Source: an uncultured Alphaproteobacteria bacterium (lineage in GTDB: Bacteria > Pseudomonadota > Alphaproteobacteria > HIMB59 > GCA-002718135). From it: DNA of 64,000 nt. The stretch is from positions 22,346 to 86,345 of the forward strand of contig CACMRK010000004.1 in assembly GCA_902616075.1 (NCBI GenBank), in the 5' to 3' direction. Under the pieces are notes generated by a model. That model was not told the DNA's origin. It was given only the letters and a program-made list of their open reading frames with translations, and searched no databases. This document shows positions 12,303 through 23,469 of the stretch, in pieces. Numbering within the stretch: position 1 is the first letter of the stretch; every line of letters begins with the position of its first letter. The translations under genes and the position numbers were made by a program.

Positions 12303-12500
12303 ATGTCAGATTTTTATATAGGTGATCTTACACCAGGTACTTTTGTTGTAAATGTCAGCAAAGAAAAAGAATGGGGAATTGGCCAAGTACAATCATGTAT
12401 TAATAATATCGTTACAATTAATTTTGAAAATGTTGGAAAAAAAACTATTAACCCTAGAGAAGTTGAATTAAAAATAATTAATATAAATGCAACTAATTGA
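12303..12500 (+). CDS. Small conserved protein, DUF3553-like
   Basis: PG..V...EWGIGQVQS...VTINFENVGK pattern. Confidence 0.7.
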   Translation: MSDFYIGDLTPGTFVVNVSKEKEWGIGQVQSCINNIVTINFENVGKKTINPREVELKIININATN

Positions 12501-13479
12501 TCAGTATTTAAGAAAAGTAAATTATCTAAGAGTATCTGTTACAGATAGATGTGATCTGAGATGTGTTTATTGTATGAAAGAAAAAATGCAATTTCTCCCA
12601 CGAAAAGACATACTCACTTTAGAAGAAATTGAAAGATTATGTGACAACTTTATAGAACTCGGAGTTGAAAAAATTAGATTAACTGGGGGTGAGCCTTTGG
12701 TAAGAAATGATATTATAAAATTAATTGAAAAACTTAATACCAAAAAAGAAAAAACAAATCTAAAGGAAATAACAGTGACAACAAATGGTACATTATTAAA
12801 AAAATATGCCAAACTTCTGAAGCTAAATGGTATTAATAGAATTAATGTTTCTCTAGATACAATTAATCCTGAAAAATATAATAAAATAACAAGATTTGGA
12901 AATATTGAAAAAGTCTTTGATGGAATTAATGAAGCACTTGATAACAACATAAAAATTAAAATTAATACTGTAGTAATTAAAGATTTTAATGAAAATGAAA
13001 TTGAAGAATTAATAAATTGGACTAGTAATAAAAAAATTGATCTTACATTTATCGAAGTAATGCCAATGGAAGAAACAGATATATCAAGAGAATATCAGTT
13101 TATCTCATTATCTGATACTTTTTCAAAACTAGACAAAATATATAAATTTTCTAAAATTGATTATAGTACTGGAGGTCCAGCAAGATTTTATACTAGTGAT
13201 TTAGTTTCTAATAAAATTGGGTTTATAAGTCCTTTAACAAATAATTTTTGTGCCTCTTGCAATAGAGTAAGAATATCTAGCACTGGTAAACTTTTCATGT
13301 GCCTTGGTCAGAATGACTTTGTTGATTTTAGAGAAATAATGAGAAAAGATTATAGTGATGATTATATAAAAGAAAAAATTAAGTTTGCTCTTAAAATTAA
13401 ACCAAAACAACATGATTTTATGATTGGAGAAAAAATTAATAAATATATGAAAAGACATATGAATGTAACAGGTGGATAA
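12487..13479 (+). CDS. moaA: GTP 3',8-cyclase MoaA
   Basis: CDLRCVYC radical-SAM motif, FCASCNR...CL, C-terminal GG. Confidence 0.96.
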   Translation: MQLIDQYLRKVNYLRVSVTDRCDLRCVYCMKEKMQFLPRKDILTLEEIERLCDNFIELGVEKIRLTGGEPLVRNDIIKLIEKLNTKKEKTNLKEITVTTNGTLLKKYAKLLKLNGINRINVSLDTINPEKYNKITRFGNIEKVFDGINEALDNNIKIKINTVVIKDFNENEIEELINWTSNKKIDLTFIEVMPMEETDISREYQFISLSDTFSKLDKIYKFSKIDYSTGGPARFYTSDLVSNKIGFISPLTNNFCASCNRVRISSTGKLFMCLGQNDFVDFREIMRKDYSDDYIKEKIKFALKIKPKQHDFMIGEKINKYMKRHMNVTGG

Positions 13480-14237
13480 TGAAATTTCATTTTTTATCAT
13501 CAAACAATCCTGAGGCAAAAAATACAGAAAAAAAACTAACAGAATTATTTGGACAAAACTCTGTGGAAGATGCCGACTACATTATTCCAATTGGAGGCGA
13601 CGGATTACTTTTAAAATCACTTCATAATTTTAATAAACTAAACAAACCATTTTTTGGAATAAACTTTGGTTCAATTGGGTTTTTAATGAATAATCTTAGT
13701 AATGAAAATTTAAATGACATGATTATCAATGCTAAAAAATCTACTTTTAAACCATTAAAAATGACTGCAAAAAGTGTTAATAATGAAATCTTTGAGGCAT
13801 ATGCATATAATGAAGTTTCTCTTATGAGGCAGACTCATTTGGCATCAAAAATTAAAATCAAAATAAATGAGAAAGTAAAAATGGAAGAATTGATATGTGA
13901 TGGCGTTTTGTTATCTACATCAGCTGGAAGTACAGCTTATAATCTATCCGCACATGGTAGCATTCTACCTTTAGACTCAAATATACTTGCATTAACTCCA
14001 ATTAGTGCCTTTAGACCAAGGAGATGGAGAGGTGCTCTGTTATCTGAAATTAGTAAAATTGATTTTGAAGTACTAAATAATGATGAACGCTCATCTAGCG
14101 TAACAGCAGACAATGTTGAATTTAGAGATATTAGTAAAGTGAATATTGTTTCTTCAGATGAAAATAAATGCACTGTATTATTCGATAGTAAGCACTCTAT
14201 TGAAGATAAAATTTTGAATGAGCAATTTAATTATTAA
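13479..14237 (+). CDS. nadK: NAD kinase
   Basis: GGDG, NE, DG...ST.AGSTAYNLSAHG. Confidence 0.93.
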   Translation: MKFHFLSSNNPEAKNTEKKLTELFGQNSVEDADYIIPIGGDGLLLKSLHNFNKLNKPFFGINFGSIGFLMNNLSNENLNDMIINAKKSTFKPLKMTAKSVNNEIFEAYAYNEVSLMRQTHLASKIKIKINEKVKMEELICDGVLLSTSAGSTAYNLSAHGSILPLDSNILALTPISAFRPRRWRGALLSEISKIDFEVLNNDERSSSVTADNVEFRDISKVNIVSSDENKCTVLFDSKHSIEDKILNEQFNY

Positions 14238-14239
14238 GA

Positions 14240-14614
14240 TCAAATTTTTTTAAAAATACAAATCTTGTTACCATCTAAATCCCTTAAATATGCATAATAA
14301 TCTTTACCATGTCTGGGGCCAGGCATTCCTTCATCTTTTGCTCCAAGACTAATTCCAATTTTATAAAATTCATTAACAGTTTTTTTAGAATTAGCTTTAA
14401 AAGTAATCATTGTACCATTTCCTATGGTTGCTTTTTTTTTGTTATGAGGTCTAATCAAGTATAATTCTATTTTTTTAGGTGTTTCTTTTTTAGCATAACC
14501 AAAATAACGATGATGAGATAATACTTTTTTAATTTTTAGAGGTTTTAAAATTTTAGTATAAAATGCAGATGATTTTTTTAAATTATTTGTTCCAATAGTA
14601 ATAAAAGCAAACAT
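14240..14614 (-). CDS. VOC/glyoxalase family protein
   Basis: IT.GTN.L..S..FY, GNGTM, DEG.PGPR, YAYLRDLDGNK. Confidence 0.85.
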   Translation of the reverse strand: MFAFITIGTNNLKKSSAFYTKILKPLKIKKVLSHHRYFGYAKKETPKKIELYLIRPHNKKKATIGNGTMITFKANSKKTVNEFYKIGISLGAKDEGMPGPRHGKDYYAYLRDLDGNKICIFKKI

Positions 14615-14625
14615 AATTTAATGAT

Positions 14626-14710
14626 TGGTAGCCTCGGCCGGACTTGAACCGGCACTCCCAAAAGGGCAAGGATTTTAAGTCCTTTGTGTCTACCATTCCA
14701 CCACGAGGCC
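14626..14710 (-). tRNA. tRNA-Leu(TAA), 85 nt, CCA encoded
   Basis: Reverse complement GGCCTCG...AAGGA-CTTAAAA-TCCTT...long variable arm...GGTTCAAGTCC...CGAGGCT-A-CCA. Confidence 0.96.
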
Positions 14711-14726
14711 TATTTCTGGACTAATA

Positions 14727-15473
14727 TCAAACTATAGAACTTTTTCCACCATTTAATTCAATCATCATAGTTATATCATCAACTATTGGTTGAATAGATG
14801 TCATCTCCCATGATGAAACAACTATGTTAACACCACCTGTTTTAGCTGCAAGATTAAAATAGGGGTAACTACCGATTGAAGCATTTGTATAATTGTTTTG
14901 AATATTTTTTAAATTTTTTGCAATTTTACTTTCGTATAAATTAGTATTAATTGTTGTAACAAGTTTTGGCTTACCTTTTTTAATTTTTTTCATTAATTCC
15001 TCGAACATAACTTGCATTATTTCTGGCACACCAGGTAAAACATAAATATTTTTTACAATAAATCCTGGTGCAGCGGTTATTGGATTTAAAATAAGCTCTG
15101 AGCCAAATGGCATTTTGGCCATTCTTTGCCTGCTTTCATTAAATTCACCTTTTGGATAATAATTTTCAAGAATCTCAAAAGCCATTTTATTTGTTTCATA
15201 TTGTAAATTAAAGGCTTCAGATATACTTTCTGAAGTTATATCATCATGAGTTGGCCCAATTCCTCCAGTAGTAAAAACATAAGAATATTTTGAGCTATAT
15301 TTTAGAACGTTTTCTATTATTATTTTTTTATCATCCTGGATAACAATGACTTCTTCTAACTTAATACCAGCTTCTAATAATTTTTTTGCAATATAATTTG
15401 AGTTGGTATCTTGGGTTCTACCAGAAAGTATTTCATCACCAATAACGATAACTCCTGCAGTAAAAGAACTCAT
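14727..15473 (-). CDS. CinA-like molybdopterin-binding domain protein
   Basis: IGDEILSGRTQDTN, GGIGPTHDDIT, LPGVP. Confidence 0.88.
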   Translation of the reverse strand: MSSFTAGVIVIGDEILSGRTQDTNSNYIAKKLLEAGIKLEEVIVIQDDKKIIIENVLKYSSKYSYVFTTGGIGPTHDDITSESISEAFNLQYETNKMAFEILENYYPKGEFNESRQRMAKMPFGSELILNPITAAPGFIVKNIYVLPGVPEIMQVMFEELMKKIKKGKPKLVTTINTNLYESKIAKNLKNIQNNYTNASIGSYPYFNLAAKTGGVNIVVSSWEMTSIQPIVDDITMMIELNGGKSSIV

Positions 15474-15530
15474 ATGATTAATTGATATTTTCTATATATT
15501 ATTTATTAATCATAAGTAATTATTTTTTAA

Positions 15531-16325
15531 ATGAGAAACAACAATATCCCAATACATACGAAAAAAGATTTTGAGGGCATGAGGGAGGCTGGTTCTTTAG
15601 CTGCTGATGTTCTAGACTCTTTAAGTGAAAAGATTGTTCCAGGAATAAGTACTCAAGAAATAAATGACATATGTCATGATCAAATTATTCAAAACAAAGC
15701 AATACCAGCTCCTTTAAATTATAAAGGTTTCCCAAAATCAGTTTGTACATCTGTAAATCATGTTGTTTGTCATGGAATTCCTTCTGAAAGAAAAATTCTA
15801 TCTGAGGGTGATATAGTAAATGTAGATGTAACAGTTATTCTAAATGGTTGGCATGGTGATAGTTCAAGAATGTTTATTGCGGGCAAGACAAATAAAAAAA
15901 ATTATGAATTTTTAAAAACAACTTATGAATCTTTATTAATTGGTATTAGTGAAGCGAAACCTGGTAAGCATATTGGCGATATTGGAAATAAAATTCAGAA
16001 ACTTGCAGAAGGAAAAGGTTATTCTGTAGTAAGAGATTTTTGTGGTCATGGAATTGGAAAAGAATTTCATACACCACCCAGTGTTTTACACTTTGGAGAA
16101 CCAGGTGAAGGACCAATGTTAGAGCCTGGAATGTTTTTAACAATTGAGCCAATGATAAATTTAGGTGGATGGCAAACAAAAATACTAAATGATGGATGGA
16201 CAGCTGTAACAAAAGATAAATCTTTATCTGCTCAATTCGAGCATACAATTGGAATAACAGAAGAAGGAAATGAAATATTTACATTATCTAAAAATAATAC
16301 AGCTTTTCCAATAAAGGATGTATAA
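15531..16325 (+). CDS. map: Methionine aminopeptidase type I
   Basis: CTSVNHVVCHGIP, GHGIG, TIEPM, SAQFEHT. Confidence 0.97.
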   Translation: MRNNNIPIHTKKDFEGMREAGSLAADVLDSLSEKIVPGISTQEINDICHDQIIQNKAIPAPLNYKGFPKSVCTSVNHVVCHGIPSERKILSEGDIVNVDVTVILNGWHGDSSRMFIAGKTNKKNYEFLKTTYESLLIGISEAKPGKHIGDIGNKIQKLAEGKGYSVVRDFCGHGIGKEFHTPPSVLHFGEPGEGPMLEPGMFLTIEPMINLGGWQTKILNDGWTAVTKDKSLSAQFEHTIGITEEGNEIFTLSKNNTAFPIKDV

Positions 16326-16334
16326 GTAGAAAAA

Positions 16335-17627
16335 ATGATACCTAGATACAATAGGCCTAAAATTGAAAAGATTTGGTCATTAGAAAATAAATTTACAATT
16401 TGGACAGAGATTGAGTGTTTGATTGCAGAAAAACAAGCAAGTCTCGGCGTTATTCCAAAAAAAGCAGCAAAAGAAATAAGAAATAAAGCAAAATTTAATA
16501 TTAAAGAAATAGAAAAAATTGAAAAAGAAACAAAACATGATGTTGTTGCTTATATTAATAATGTAAGCAAATATATTGGCGACTCATCAAAATATTTTCA
16601 TTTTGGTGTAACATCAAGTGATATTATTGATACTTCATTTTCTGTACAACTAAAGCAAACCTCTGAAATAATAAGAAAAAGCTTAGTAGAATGTATTCAA
16701 AGTTTAAAAATCAAATCTAAAAAATATAAAGACACATTAATGATTGGAAGGAGTCATGGTATACATGCTGAACCTATTACTTTTGGATTAAAATTATCTT
16801 CCTTTTATTTTGAGTTTAAAAGAAATTTAGAAAGGCTTGATCAAGCGATCAACGAAATATCTGTTTGTGCTATTTCTGGACCTGTTGGAACATTTAATTC
16901 TATAGACCCACGAGTTCAAGATTATGTAGCAAAAAAACTTAAACTAAATTCTGAAGATGTATCAACTCAAGTAATTCCAAGAGATAGGCATGCGTATTTT
17001 TTCTCAGTACTAGGAATTTTAGCATCTTCTATTGAGAGGTTTGCTGTGGAAATTCGAAATTTACAAAAAACAGAGGTGTTAGAAGTTGAAGAAAGTTTTT
17101 CTTCTAAGCAAAAGGGTTCTTCTGCAATGCCTCACAAACGTAATCCAGTATTAAGTGAGAACTTAACAGGTATCTCACGTTATATTAGAAGTGGTGTAAT
17201 ACCTTCACTAGAAAATGTCGTACTTTGGCACGAGAGAGATATTAGTCATTCTAGTGTTGAAAGAATTACGACTCCAGATATTACAATTGCAACTGATTTT
17301 GCACTGAGTCGTTTAAATGGCATTATAAAGAATTTAAAAGTCTATCCAAAAAATATGTTGAAAAATTTGAATATGCTTGGGGGTTTACATAGAACTCACA
17401 ATATTATGTTAAAACTAATTGAAAAAGGATTGAAAAGACAACAAGCCTATAAAATTGTTCAAGAAAGTGCCATGGAAACATGGAATAATAATAAGAATTT
17501 TTCTCAAGTTTTACAAAAAAATAAAGAATTAAACAAAAAATTAAATTCAAAAGAAATCGAAAAAATCATTAAAGATGATAACGATCTAAAGAAAATAGAT
17601 TGGATTTTTAAAAATAAAATTAAATAG
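16335..17627 (+). CDS. purB: Adenylosuccinate lyase
   Basis: GRSHGIHAEP, GSSAMPHKRNP, WHERDISHSS. Confidence 0.97.
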   Translation: MIPRYNRPKIEKIWSLENKFTIWTEIECLIAEKQASLGVIPKKAAKEIRNKAKFNIKEIEKIEKETKHDVVAYINNVSKYIGDSSKYFHFGVTSSDIIDTSFSVQLKQTSEIIRKSLVECIQSLKIKSKKYKDTLMIGRSHGIHAEPITFGLKLSSFYFEFKRNLERLDQAINEISVCAISGPVGTFNSIDPRVQDYVAKKLKLNSEDVSTQVIPRDRHAYFFSVLGILASSIERFAVEIRNLQKTEVLEVEESFSSKQKGSSAMPHKRNPVLSENLTGISRYIRSGVIPSLENVVLWHERDISHSSVERITTPDITIATDFALSRLNGIIKNLKVYPKNMLKNLNMLGGLHRTHNIMLKLIEKGLKRQQAYKIVQESAMETWNNNKNFSQVLQKNKELNKKLNSKEIEKIIKDDNDLKKIDWIFKNKIK

Positions 17628-17664
17628 TCTTTATTTTTTTTAATATCTGAACTATTTTATAGGT

Positions 17665-17895
17665 ATGCCAATGACTGTTGAACAAATTGAACAATTTATT
17701 AAAGAAGCTATACCAGATGCAACTGTTGAAATTGAAGATCTTAAAGGAGACGGTGATCATTACAGTGCTACAGTGACGTCAAAATCCTTTTCTGGAAAAA
17801 CAAGAGTTCAACAACATAAGATGGTTTATGATTCTTTTAATGGTAAAATGGGTAGTGATTTGCACGCACTTAAGCTAAAAACTGTATCGGAGTAA
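17665..17895 (+). CDS. bolA: BolA/IbaG family protein
   Basis: GDGDHY, F.GK.RVQQH, LHAL; next to grxD. Confidence 0.9.
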   Translation: MPMTVEQIEQFIKEAIPDATVEIEDLKGDGDHYSATVTSKSFSGKTRVQQHKMVYDSFNGKMGSDLHALKLKTVSE

Positions 17896-17897
17896 TA

Positions 17898-18239
17898 ATG
17901 AATAATAACGACCATGTATCTCAAAATATAGAAAATGAAATTAACTCAAATGATGTAATGCTTTTCATGAAGGGCACCCCTGTATTTCCTATGTGTGGAT
18001 TTTCTGCAAGAGTAGTTGAAATATTAAATAAAGTAGGTGTTAAATTTGGAAGTGTGAATGTGTTAGAGAGTGACGAAATGAGAGAAGGTATTAAAACATA
18101 TTCTAATTGGCCAACCATACCACAACTTTATGTTAAGAAAGAATTTATAGGTGGTTGTGACATTATAACTGAAATGTTTGAAAGTGGCGAATTGTTAGAA
18201 TTATTAAACACAAATGGAATAGACGTAAACCCTTCATAG
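17898..18239 (+). CDS. grxD: Monothiol glutaredoxin Grx4
   Basis: CGFS, WPTIPQLY, GGCDI. Confidence 0.95.
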   Translation: MNNNDHVSQNIENEINSNDVMLFMKGTPVFPMCGFSARVVEILNKVGVKFGSVNVLESDEMREGIKTYSNWPTIPQLYVKKEFIGGCDIITEMFESGELLELLNTNGIDVNPS

Positions 18240-18240
18240 A

Positions 18241-19140
18241 TTGTTAAATAATAGTTTTTCAAAAGGTGTAATATTTTCTTGTATTGCATCAATTTTTTGG
18301 GGGCTTCCACAACCCCTTTTTTTTAATGAATTAAATCACGTTGAGACTATTGAAGTTGTAGCTCATAGAGGTTTCTGGTCGTTTATTTTTCTATTTTTAT
18401 TATTAATTTTAGTTTCAAACTTAAGTGATTTTATTGAAATATTTAAATCTAGAAAAAGAATTTTTATTTTAACAATTACAGCTTTTCTTATTGCAGGTAA
18501 CTGGGCAGGTTTTATTTATTCTGTAGGGCAAGAAAGAGTTCAGGATGCATCAATGGGTTACTTTATTACTCCAATGATCAGTATTATTTTAGGTTATTTT
18601 TTTTTAAATGAAAAAATAACTAAGCCTAAATTTGCATCTGTATGTTTTATGTTCTTAGGTATATTATTCTTATTTATTAACCTGAATCAATTTCCATTCC
18701 TAATAATTTGGATTGGAACCTCATGGGCAATATATGGATTATTAAGAAAACAAGTTAATGTTAATCCTTCAATTGGTTTACTTTATGAAACTTTCATAAT
18801 ATCTTTAATATCTATCCCGTATTTAGCTTATTTATTTTGGCAAAATGAAAATAGTATTTTTAGTATTGATTTGAAGACATCATTATTTTTAATTCTAACA
18901 GGAGCTGTAACAATTTTTCCATTATTTTTTTTTAATTTGGGTTTGAAATTTATTCAATTAGGTCTTGCTGGAGTTTTATTTTACTTAGCACCAACATTTC
19001 ATTTTATAACTTCAGTATTTATTCTTAATGAAGAAATTTTACAAATTAAGTTAATATCATTTATAATTATTTGGATAGGAATAATAATTTATATTTATGA
19101 TAGTTATAAAAAAGAAATTATCTTGAATAATACTCAATAA
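18241..19140 (+). CDS. rarD: EamA-family transporter RarD
   Basis: About 10 TM segments, AHR..WS, ASMGYFI.P, YGLLRK; TTG start. Confidence 0.85.
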   Translation: MLNNSFSKGVIFSCIASIFWGLPQPLFFNELNHVETIEVVAHRGFWSFIFLFLLLILVSNLSDFIEIFKSRKRIFILTITAFLIAGNWAGFIYSVGQERVQDASMGYFITPMISIILGYFFLNEKITKPKFASVCFMFLGILFLFINLNQFPFLIIWIGTSWAIYGLLRKQVNVNPSIGLLYETFIISLISIPYLAYLFWQNENSIFSIDLKTSLFLILTGAVTIFPLFFFNLGLKFIQLGLAGVLFYLAPTFHFITSVFILNEEILQIKLISFIIIWIGIIIYIYDSYKKEIILNNTQ

Positions 19141-19738
19141 CTAAATTAGGTTCCATAGTTACAGGATAAGGAACATCATGAATTAGAGGTGCTCTTAAAA
19201 AACGACCTTTTAACTCTTTTACATCAACTTCTAGGTATTCTGGAATTTCTCTTTCTTGAGAACTAACTGATTCTACAATTATGTTAATTTCTTTACTTTT
19301 ATCTCTTATTGAGATTTCATCCCCGTCACTTACACTATATGATGGAATATTAACTCTTTTACCATTAACCTTAACATGACCATGATTAACTAACTGTCTT
19401 GCAGAAAAAATTGTAGGTACAAATTTCATTCTATAAACTGTAGCATCTAATCTTCTTTCTAAAAGTTCAATTAAAATCTGACTTGTATCACCTTTAATAT
19501 TAGAGGCTTTTTTAAAAATATTTCTAAATTGTCTTTCAGTTAAATCACCGTAATAAAATTTAAGTTTTTGCTTAGCAAATAACTGATTACCATAGTCTGA
19601 AAGTTTTTTTCTTTGACCTTGAACGCCATGCTGACCAGGCTTTGAGTTTCTTCTATTAAAGGGGCTTTTAGGTCTACCCCACAAGTTAACACCTAGCCTT
19701 CTATCAATTTTGTATTTAGCGTTATGTCTTTTTGTCAT
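19118..19738 (-). CDS. rpsD: 30S ribosomal protein S4
   Basis: [25 protein letters not shown]. Confidence 0.98.
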   Translation of the reverse strand: MTKRHNAKYKIDRRLGVNLWGRPKSPFNRRNSKPGQHGVQGQRKKLSDYGNQLFAKQKLKFYYGDLTERQFRNIFKKASNIKGDTSQILIELLERRLDATVYRMKFVPTIFSARQLVNHGHVKVNGKRVNIPSYSVSDGDEISIRDKSKEINIIVESVSSQEREIPEYLEVDVKELKGRFLRAPLIHDVPYPVTMEPNLVIEYYSR

Positions 19739-19750
19739 TATTATGAGGGC

Positions 19751-19778
19751 TATATAGTGATTTAAAGTACTATGTCAA
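19751..19778 (-). promoter_or_regulatory. Putative sigma70 promoter of rpsD
   Basis: Minus strand TTGACA-N16-TATATA, ending 12 nt before the ATG. Confidence 0.55.
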
Positions 19779-19801
19779 ATTTAATATGCTCAATTTTTGG
19801 C

Positions 19802-20512
19802 TTATTTGTTAAGTTTTTTAGTAATTCCCCATAAAGTTTGCAATTCTTTCTTTGTGAGAGGAATTTTTGTAAAAATACTGTAAATATTATTCTTCATACT
19901 TTCCTTTTTTTCTCTTGGTGTAAAAAAATTCTTATTTTCAAGATTTTCAAATATATAATTTAAGAATTTAGATAATTGGCGTTTACTAATATTATTTTTT
20001 TCAACGGTAGTCGAATTTGTATTTTTAAAATTATTCAATTCAAATAATTTATGACATAAAATGGTAACTGCGTGAGAAAGGTTTAATGAATTACTTTTAC
20101 TACTTGTTTCAATAGTAAAAATTATATCAGATAATCTCAAATCTTCATTTGAAAGTCCTGAATTTTCAGGACCAAAAAGTATTGCTGTTTTTTTATTAAC
20201 AATAATTTTTCTTTTAATAAATTTAAAATTGTTAGTAGAATTTTTTTCTAAATATCTTTTTCTATTAGTCGTGGCCACAACATAAGTAAAGTTAGAGAGT
20301 GCAATTTCTAAATCATCAAATACTTTAATATTCTCAATAATTTTCGTTGCTTTTTTTGCTGCATTTATTGATTTATTGTTTAACCAGTTATCTCTTGGCG
20401 AAACAACAATTAGATCTTTTATACCAAAATTGTGCATTACACGAGCAACCATTCCAATATTTTCTGGAAGTTGAGGTCTAACTAAAATTATGCTTGGATT
20501 TTTTGGAGTCAA
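19802..20512 (-). CDS. trmJ: SPOUT tRNA methyltransferase, TrmJ/LasT family
   Basis: PQLPENIG..AR.M.NFG, FGPE.SGL.N, SLNLSHAV. Confidence 0.85.
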   Translation of the reverse strand: MTPKNPSIILVRPQLPENIGMVARVMHNFGIKDLIVVSPRDNWLNNKSINAAKKATKIIENIKVFDDLEIALSNFTYVVATTNRKRYLEKNSTNNFKFIKRKIIVNKKTAILFGPENSGLSNEDLRLSDIIFTIETSSKSNSLNLSHAVTILCHKLFELNNFKNTNSTTVEKNNISKRQLSKFLNYIFENLENKNFFTPREKKESMKNNIYSIFTKIPLTKKELQTLWGITKKLNK

Positions 20513-22095
20513 TTTTTATTCTTTAAATCATTAAATAACTTAAAAGTAATACTATCAAAAATAGCGCTATAAGATGCATCAATGATATTTGGAGATACAC
20601 CAATAGTTGTCCAGTGTGTATTGGTAGAATCAGAAGATTCAATTAATACTCTTGTTATAGCACCTGTACCTTTTTCTGATGAAAGAATCATAACTTTGTA
20701 ATCAGTTAGCTTTAAATCTTTTAGATCAGGATAATAATCAATAAGAGCTTTTCTTAATGCACTATCAATAGCATTAACTGGACCATTTCCAGTACCCACT
20801 GTCATCATATTAGAATCTTTAACTTTTAAAAATATTGTAGCCTCTGCTTCAGTAACAATTTCACCTTTAGCATTCCATCTTCTTTCATCTGTGACTCTAA
20901 ATTTTTCTAAGTTATAAAAATCCTCAAAATGACCAAGGTGACGTCTTACTAATAATTCAAAACTAGCTAAAGCAGTATCAAATGAATATCCTTCTGATTC
21001 TTTTTCCTTAATAATCTCTAAAATATTATTGATTTCATTTTTAGGTAGATCAATATTAATCTTATTTAATTGATTTAATATATTAGATCTTCCTGCCTGA
21101 TTAGAAATTACGACGTTTCTAGAATTACCAACTATTTCTGGTTCAATATGTTCATAAGTTGAAGAATTTTTTTCTATTGCGGATGCATGCAATCCACCTT
21201 TATGAGAAAAAGCATGATCTCCAACATATGGAGCATTTTTTCTTGAAGGCATGTTAAGAATATCATTCAAGGTTCTAGAAATGTGAATTAAATTTTTTAA
21301 TTTATCTTTTGAAATGTTTGTTTTATATTTTGTTTTTAAAACCAAAGATGGAATTAAGGAAATTAAATTAGTATTTCCACATCTTTCTCCTAAACCGTTA
21401 ATCGTTCCCTGTATCTGTCTTGCTCCAGCATTAATAGCTGCTAATGCATTTGCAACTGCATTATCAGTATCATTGTGAGCATGTATACCAACATTTTGAC
21501 CTGGTATAACTTTTACTACTTCTGAAACAATATTGTAAATTTCATCAGGAAGAGTTCCCCCATTTGTATCACAAAGAACAACCCATCTTGCACCAGCCTC
21601 ATACGCTGCTTTAATACAATTCAATGCAAACTCTTTATTTTCTTTAAAGCCATCAAAAAAATGTTCTGCATCAAAAATTGACTCTTTGTTTTTATTTTTT
21701 ATTGATTGAATACTATCACTGATCATTTTTAAATTTTCATCTTCAGATATTTCTAAAGCATTTTTTACATGAAATGATGATGATTTACCTACAATACAAA
21801 CACAACTTGCGCTTGAATTAATAAGTGCATTTAATCCTGGATCGTTATCTGCACTTCTCCCTGGTCTTCTTGTCATACCAAAGGCAGTTAATTTACTTTT
21901 TGAAAATTTTGTATTTCTTGAAAAAAAATCATTATCGGTAGGATTTGCTCCCGGCCATCCACCTTCAATGTAATCTATTCCTAAATCATCAAGATGTTGA
22001 GATATATTCATTTTGTCACTAACAGAAAAATTAACTCCTGTTGTTTGCTGACCATCTCTAAGTGTGGTATCGAATAAATATACTTTATCTTCCAT
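20509..22095 (-). CDS. cimA: Citramalate synthase
   Basis: DTTLRDGQQ, IEGGWPGANP, DAEHFFDG, HAHND, HKGGLH. Confidence 0.92.
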   Translation of the reverse strand: MEDKVYLFDTTLRDGQQTTGVNFSVSDKMNISQHLDDLGIDYIEGGWPGANPTDNDFFSRNTKFSKSKLTAFGMTRRPGRSADNDPGLNALINSSASCVCIVGKSSSFHVKNALEISEDENLKMISDSIQSIKNKNKESIFDAEHFFDGFKENKEFALNCIKAAYEAGARWVVLCDTNGGTLPDEIYNIVSEVVKVIPGQNVGIHAHNDTDNAVANALAAINAGARQIQGTINGLGERCGNTNLISLIPSLVLKTKYKTNISKDKLKNLIHISRTLNDILNMPSRKNAPYVGDHAFSHKGGLHASAIEKNSSTYEHIEPEIVGNSRNVVISNQAGRSNILNQLNKINIDLPKNEINNILEIIKEKESEGYSFDTALASFELLVRRHLGHFEDFYNLEKFRVTDERRWNAKGEIVTEAEATIFLKVKDSNMMTVGTGNGPVNAIDSALRKALIDYYPDLKDLKLTDYKVMILSSEKGTGAITRVLIESSDSTNTHWTTIGVSPNIIDASYSAIFDSITFKLFNDLKNKN

Positions 22096-22133
22096 AATTA
22101 CTAGATCGCTAATAGAGTATAAATTTAAATTTA

Positions 22134-23468
22134 CTAGATTTTTCCAAGTTTTTGCAAGATTTCGTCTCTATCAAATAATGGTAGTAGATATTTTAATTCG
22201 GGTCCATGAGATTTTCCTGTCAAAATCAACCTCAAAGGCATAAATAAATCTTTTCCTTTAAGCCCAGTTTTTTTGTTAATTTTTGATGTCCAATGATCCC
22301 ATGTTGTTTCATCAAAAGGATCCTCAGGTAATTCATCAACTGCCGTATTAATAAAATTATCATCAATATTTAAATCTTTAGCATTATTTATTTTTGTAAT
22401 TACTTCTTCCCATTCTTTAGCTTGTTTAATAAATGAAATATTATTTTTAATAAAACGCCAAAAACTCTCTTTTTGAAAATTTGATTTTATATTTTTTAAC
22501 TTATGACTAATCTCATTATAACTAAATAATTTAATGGTATTTTCATTAAGATTTCTTAAGGATTCAATTGAAAATTTAGCAGAAGATCTAGATAAGCTTT
22601 GAATATCAAATTTTTTTACTATTTCATTTAAATCTTTGATTGGATCAATATTACTGCTCGAACCAATAAATAGAAAATAATTAAGTAACGATATATTTTC
22701 ATATCCTTCGTCTCTAAAATTTTCAATTGAAAGACTTCCAAGTCTTTTGCTAAAACCCTTACCAGTTTCATCAACTAAGAATGGATGATGAGCAAATGAT
22801 GGAATAGAAGATTCAAGAGCCTTAAAAATTTGAATATGATAGGCAGTATTAGCTATGTGATCCTCCCCTCTAATAATATGTGTAATTTTTTCTTCAATAT
22901 CATCAATGACTGAAGGTAAATGGTATAACAATGTTCCATCAGCTCTAATTAAAACAGGATCACTCAAATTTTTTGCATCAAATGTAACATCTCCTTTAAT
23001 AATATCTTTCCAACTAATATTTTCATGATCTAATTTGAATCTCCAATGGGGTTGGATTCCTGATTCTATTTTTTTTTCTACTTCTTCATCACTTAGATTT
23101 AATGATGATCTATCATAAATAGGTGGTTTTCCAGATGATAACAAAGATTTTTTCTTTAAAGCTAATTCCTCTTCTGTTTCAAAACATGGATAAAGTCTTT
23201 TCTTTTGTTTTAGAATTTGGATTTTCTCATTGTAAATATGTTGTCTAGAGGACTGATTAAAAGTGTAACTCCAATTTAATCCAAGCCATTTAAGATCATC
23301 TTTGATACTTGTCTCAAATTCTTTAGAACTCCTATTGGCATCAGTATCATCAATTCTTAATACAAACTCACCTTGATTTTTATGACAAAAAATCCAATTC
23401 AAAATTGCTGATCTAGCATTACCGATATGTATTTTTCCTGTAGGGCTAGGAGCGAACCTACACTTCAT
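22134..23468 (-). CDS. gltX: Glutamate--tRNA ligase
   Basis: RFAPSPTG.IHIGN, RGEDH, GFSKR (KMSKS equivalent); anticodon domain present. Confidence 0.92.
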   Translation of the reverse strand: MKCRFAPSPTGKIHIGNARSAILNWIFCHKNQGEFVLRIDDTDANRSSKEFETSIKDDLKWLGLNWSYTFNQSSRQHIYNEKIQILKQKKRLYPCFETEEELALKKKSLLSSGKPPIYDRSSLNLSDEEVEKKIESGIQPHWRFKLDHENISWKDIIKGDVTFDAKNLSDPVLIRADGTLLYHLPSVIDDIEEKITHIIRGEDHIANTAYHIQIFKALESSIPSFAHHPFLVDETGKGFSKRLGSLSIENFRDEGYENISLLNYFLFIGSSSNIDPIKDLNEIVKKFDIQSLSRSSAKFSIESLRNLNENTIKLFSYNEISHKLKNIKSNFQKESFWRFIKNNISFIKQAKEWEEVITKINNAKDLNIDDNFINTAVDELPEDPFDETTWDHWTSKINKKTGLKGKDLFMPLRLILTGKSHGPELKYLLPLFDRDEILQKLGKI

Positions 23469-23469
23469 A

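Noticed and set aside
14626..14710. tRNA-Leu as an integration site for an island
   Set aside because: No integrase nearby, no duplicated tRNA 3' end noticed, and the flanks are ordinary chromosomal genes
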